DNA of 64,000 nucleotides from Selaginella moellendorffii (Eukaryota; Plantae; Lycopodiophyta): NCBI RefSeq assembly GCF_000143415.4, contig NW_003314339.1, positions 241,751 to 305,750 of the forward strand, read 5' to 3'. Shown piece by piece: positions 62,800 to 64,000 of this stretch (position 1 is its first letter; each line of letters starts with the position of its first letter). The notes under the pieces were generated by a model. It saw only the letters and a program-made list of their open reading frames with translations, ran no database searches and was not told where the DNA came from. The position numbers and the translations under genes were made by a program.

Positions 62800-64000
62800 T
62801 GCTTACAGGGAGGGGACTTTGTAGCGATCCAGCGAGATGTGCTTATTGAGGAGCTGAGAGGGAAGCAGGCGTGTTCTCAGCCCCTGTGCCGGCTTGGGAA
62901 GATTAGAATTCTGGTTTGCGATGTTGCCGGAGAAAAACACTGGTCGCCCGCTGAGAGTGGTGGGGGGCATTCTTGTAGGCGAAGCTCAACAGATGCCGGA
63001 TGTACTGGACGAGACGACAAGGTCGAAGGGAGGATACGGGTGTGCTGTGCCAGTTGCCCAAACGGATTGATGGGGGATGGGGACGGATGGTGGAGACTCA
63101 TCATCGAGGACCTGGACTGGGAGCCCACGGCCTGCCAGAGAGGAGGGAATGGTTTCTTCACATATCAGGTGAAAGAATTGTGCAATGGGCTTATGACTAG
63201 TCGAGAACTAGCACGAGTGGAGGTGCCAAAGCTATAGGACCGATGGGTCGAATTCAGGGTGGAGGCGGACTATAGCGTTTTGGAAACTCCTGGTAACGAA
63301 CGGTTTCCCAGTAGGGCAGCGATGTCATACTGCCACATTGTCCAGTTCCACCGTAAGGTCGATCTAAGGGTCCTCATTGCACAGCATGGCAGCCATTTTG
63401 GGCTCATGAACTAAAGGGACATCCTCCACCAGAAGGAAATCACTGCCGAGACTGGCTCAAAGTGGTTGTGGTTCTGCACCCAAGCTCACCTGTTTCCACA
63501 CTCTCTGCGCAACCTCACACTCCCACACGACATCTGGGACCATTTCTATTTGTTCACATTGCTGGCGCCTCGAGCGTAGGCGGGCGACGTGCCCTTAGGA
63601 CATTGGGAATGTATGACCTCTTCGTTTTCCTTTGGTTTACGGAATCCTTCTTGCCTTGCTATGCAGAGATAATGACGAGTGACGGCAAGAAAGCTGGCCT
63701 CTCAATGGCAGTGGTGATCGCTGACTGATTCCAATGCCCTCATCGCAGTCGACGACAGGTACACTTCGTTTTCCACCTGCGCTCCGAGTCCCAGGATCAA
63801 GCTGACGAGAGGCTGAAAAAGTATTTGTGACTTCGCCCTTTAAGAATTCAGCAGTCTGGAGTGGTGACGGGTCATGCTGGCATGGGTTTGCAAATCACAA
63901 AGGAACAAGATTGACAACTTCCAGCTCAGGTCCAGTCTTTGTAGTCCACACTTGCCATACAGGAGTTTGTACACATCCTCTAATGTACTTGCCTTCATTA
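62800..64000 (+). mobile_element. Probable heavily decayed Ty3/gypsy pol (RNase H-integrase) remnant
   Basis: Broken motifs in gypsy order: EKHWSPAE, ETHHRGPGLGAHG (HHCC-like), IMTSDG, QDQADERLKKYL. Many stops and frameshifts. Confidence 0.4.

Overview
Eukaryotic plant genomic DNA. The 50-60 bp introns, near-absent intergenic spacers and GC-rich PLS-class PPR genes point to a lycophyte such as Selaginella (inference). The window has two halves. Bases 1-40.5 kb are a transposon nest. It holds an apparently intact minus-strand LINE whose ORF1 stop overlaps the ORF2 start (ATGA), and many copies of one non-coding, hairpin-rich LTR family nested inside its own LTRs (TSDs GTTGT, ACCAT and a decayed ATGGC/ATAGT). 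It also holds a small TRIM-like element and a decayed MSH6 copy interrupted by a stop-free Crinkler/RHS-type NTPase plus restriction-endonuclease-fold gene. Bases 40.7-62.6 kb are a compact gene block: mRNA cap N7-methyltransferase, two PPR-E genes, V-ATPase B, mitochondrial ATP synthase g, a coiled-coil protein, a Mut-7/EXD3 exonuclease, a DGGGPS-like UbiA prenyltransferase, an AT-rich secreted GNA-lectin chimera, a fungal-type FAD oxidase and an L-type lectin receptor kinase. The best candidates for novelty are the CR-NTPase/REase gene behaving like a compact insertion in MSH6, and the self-nesting, highly structured non-coding LTR element with tandem Pol III B-box/T-loop hairpins. All homology calls come from motif recognition by eye; no searches were run.
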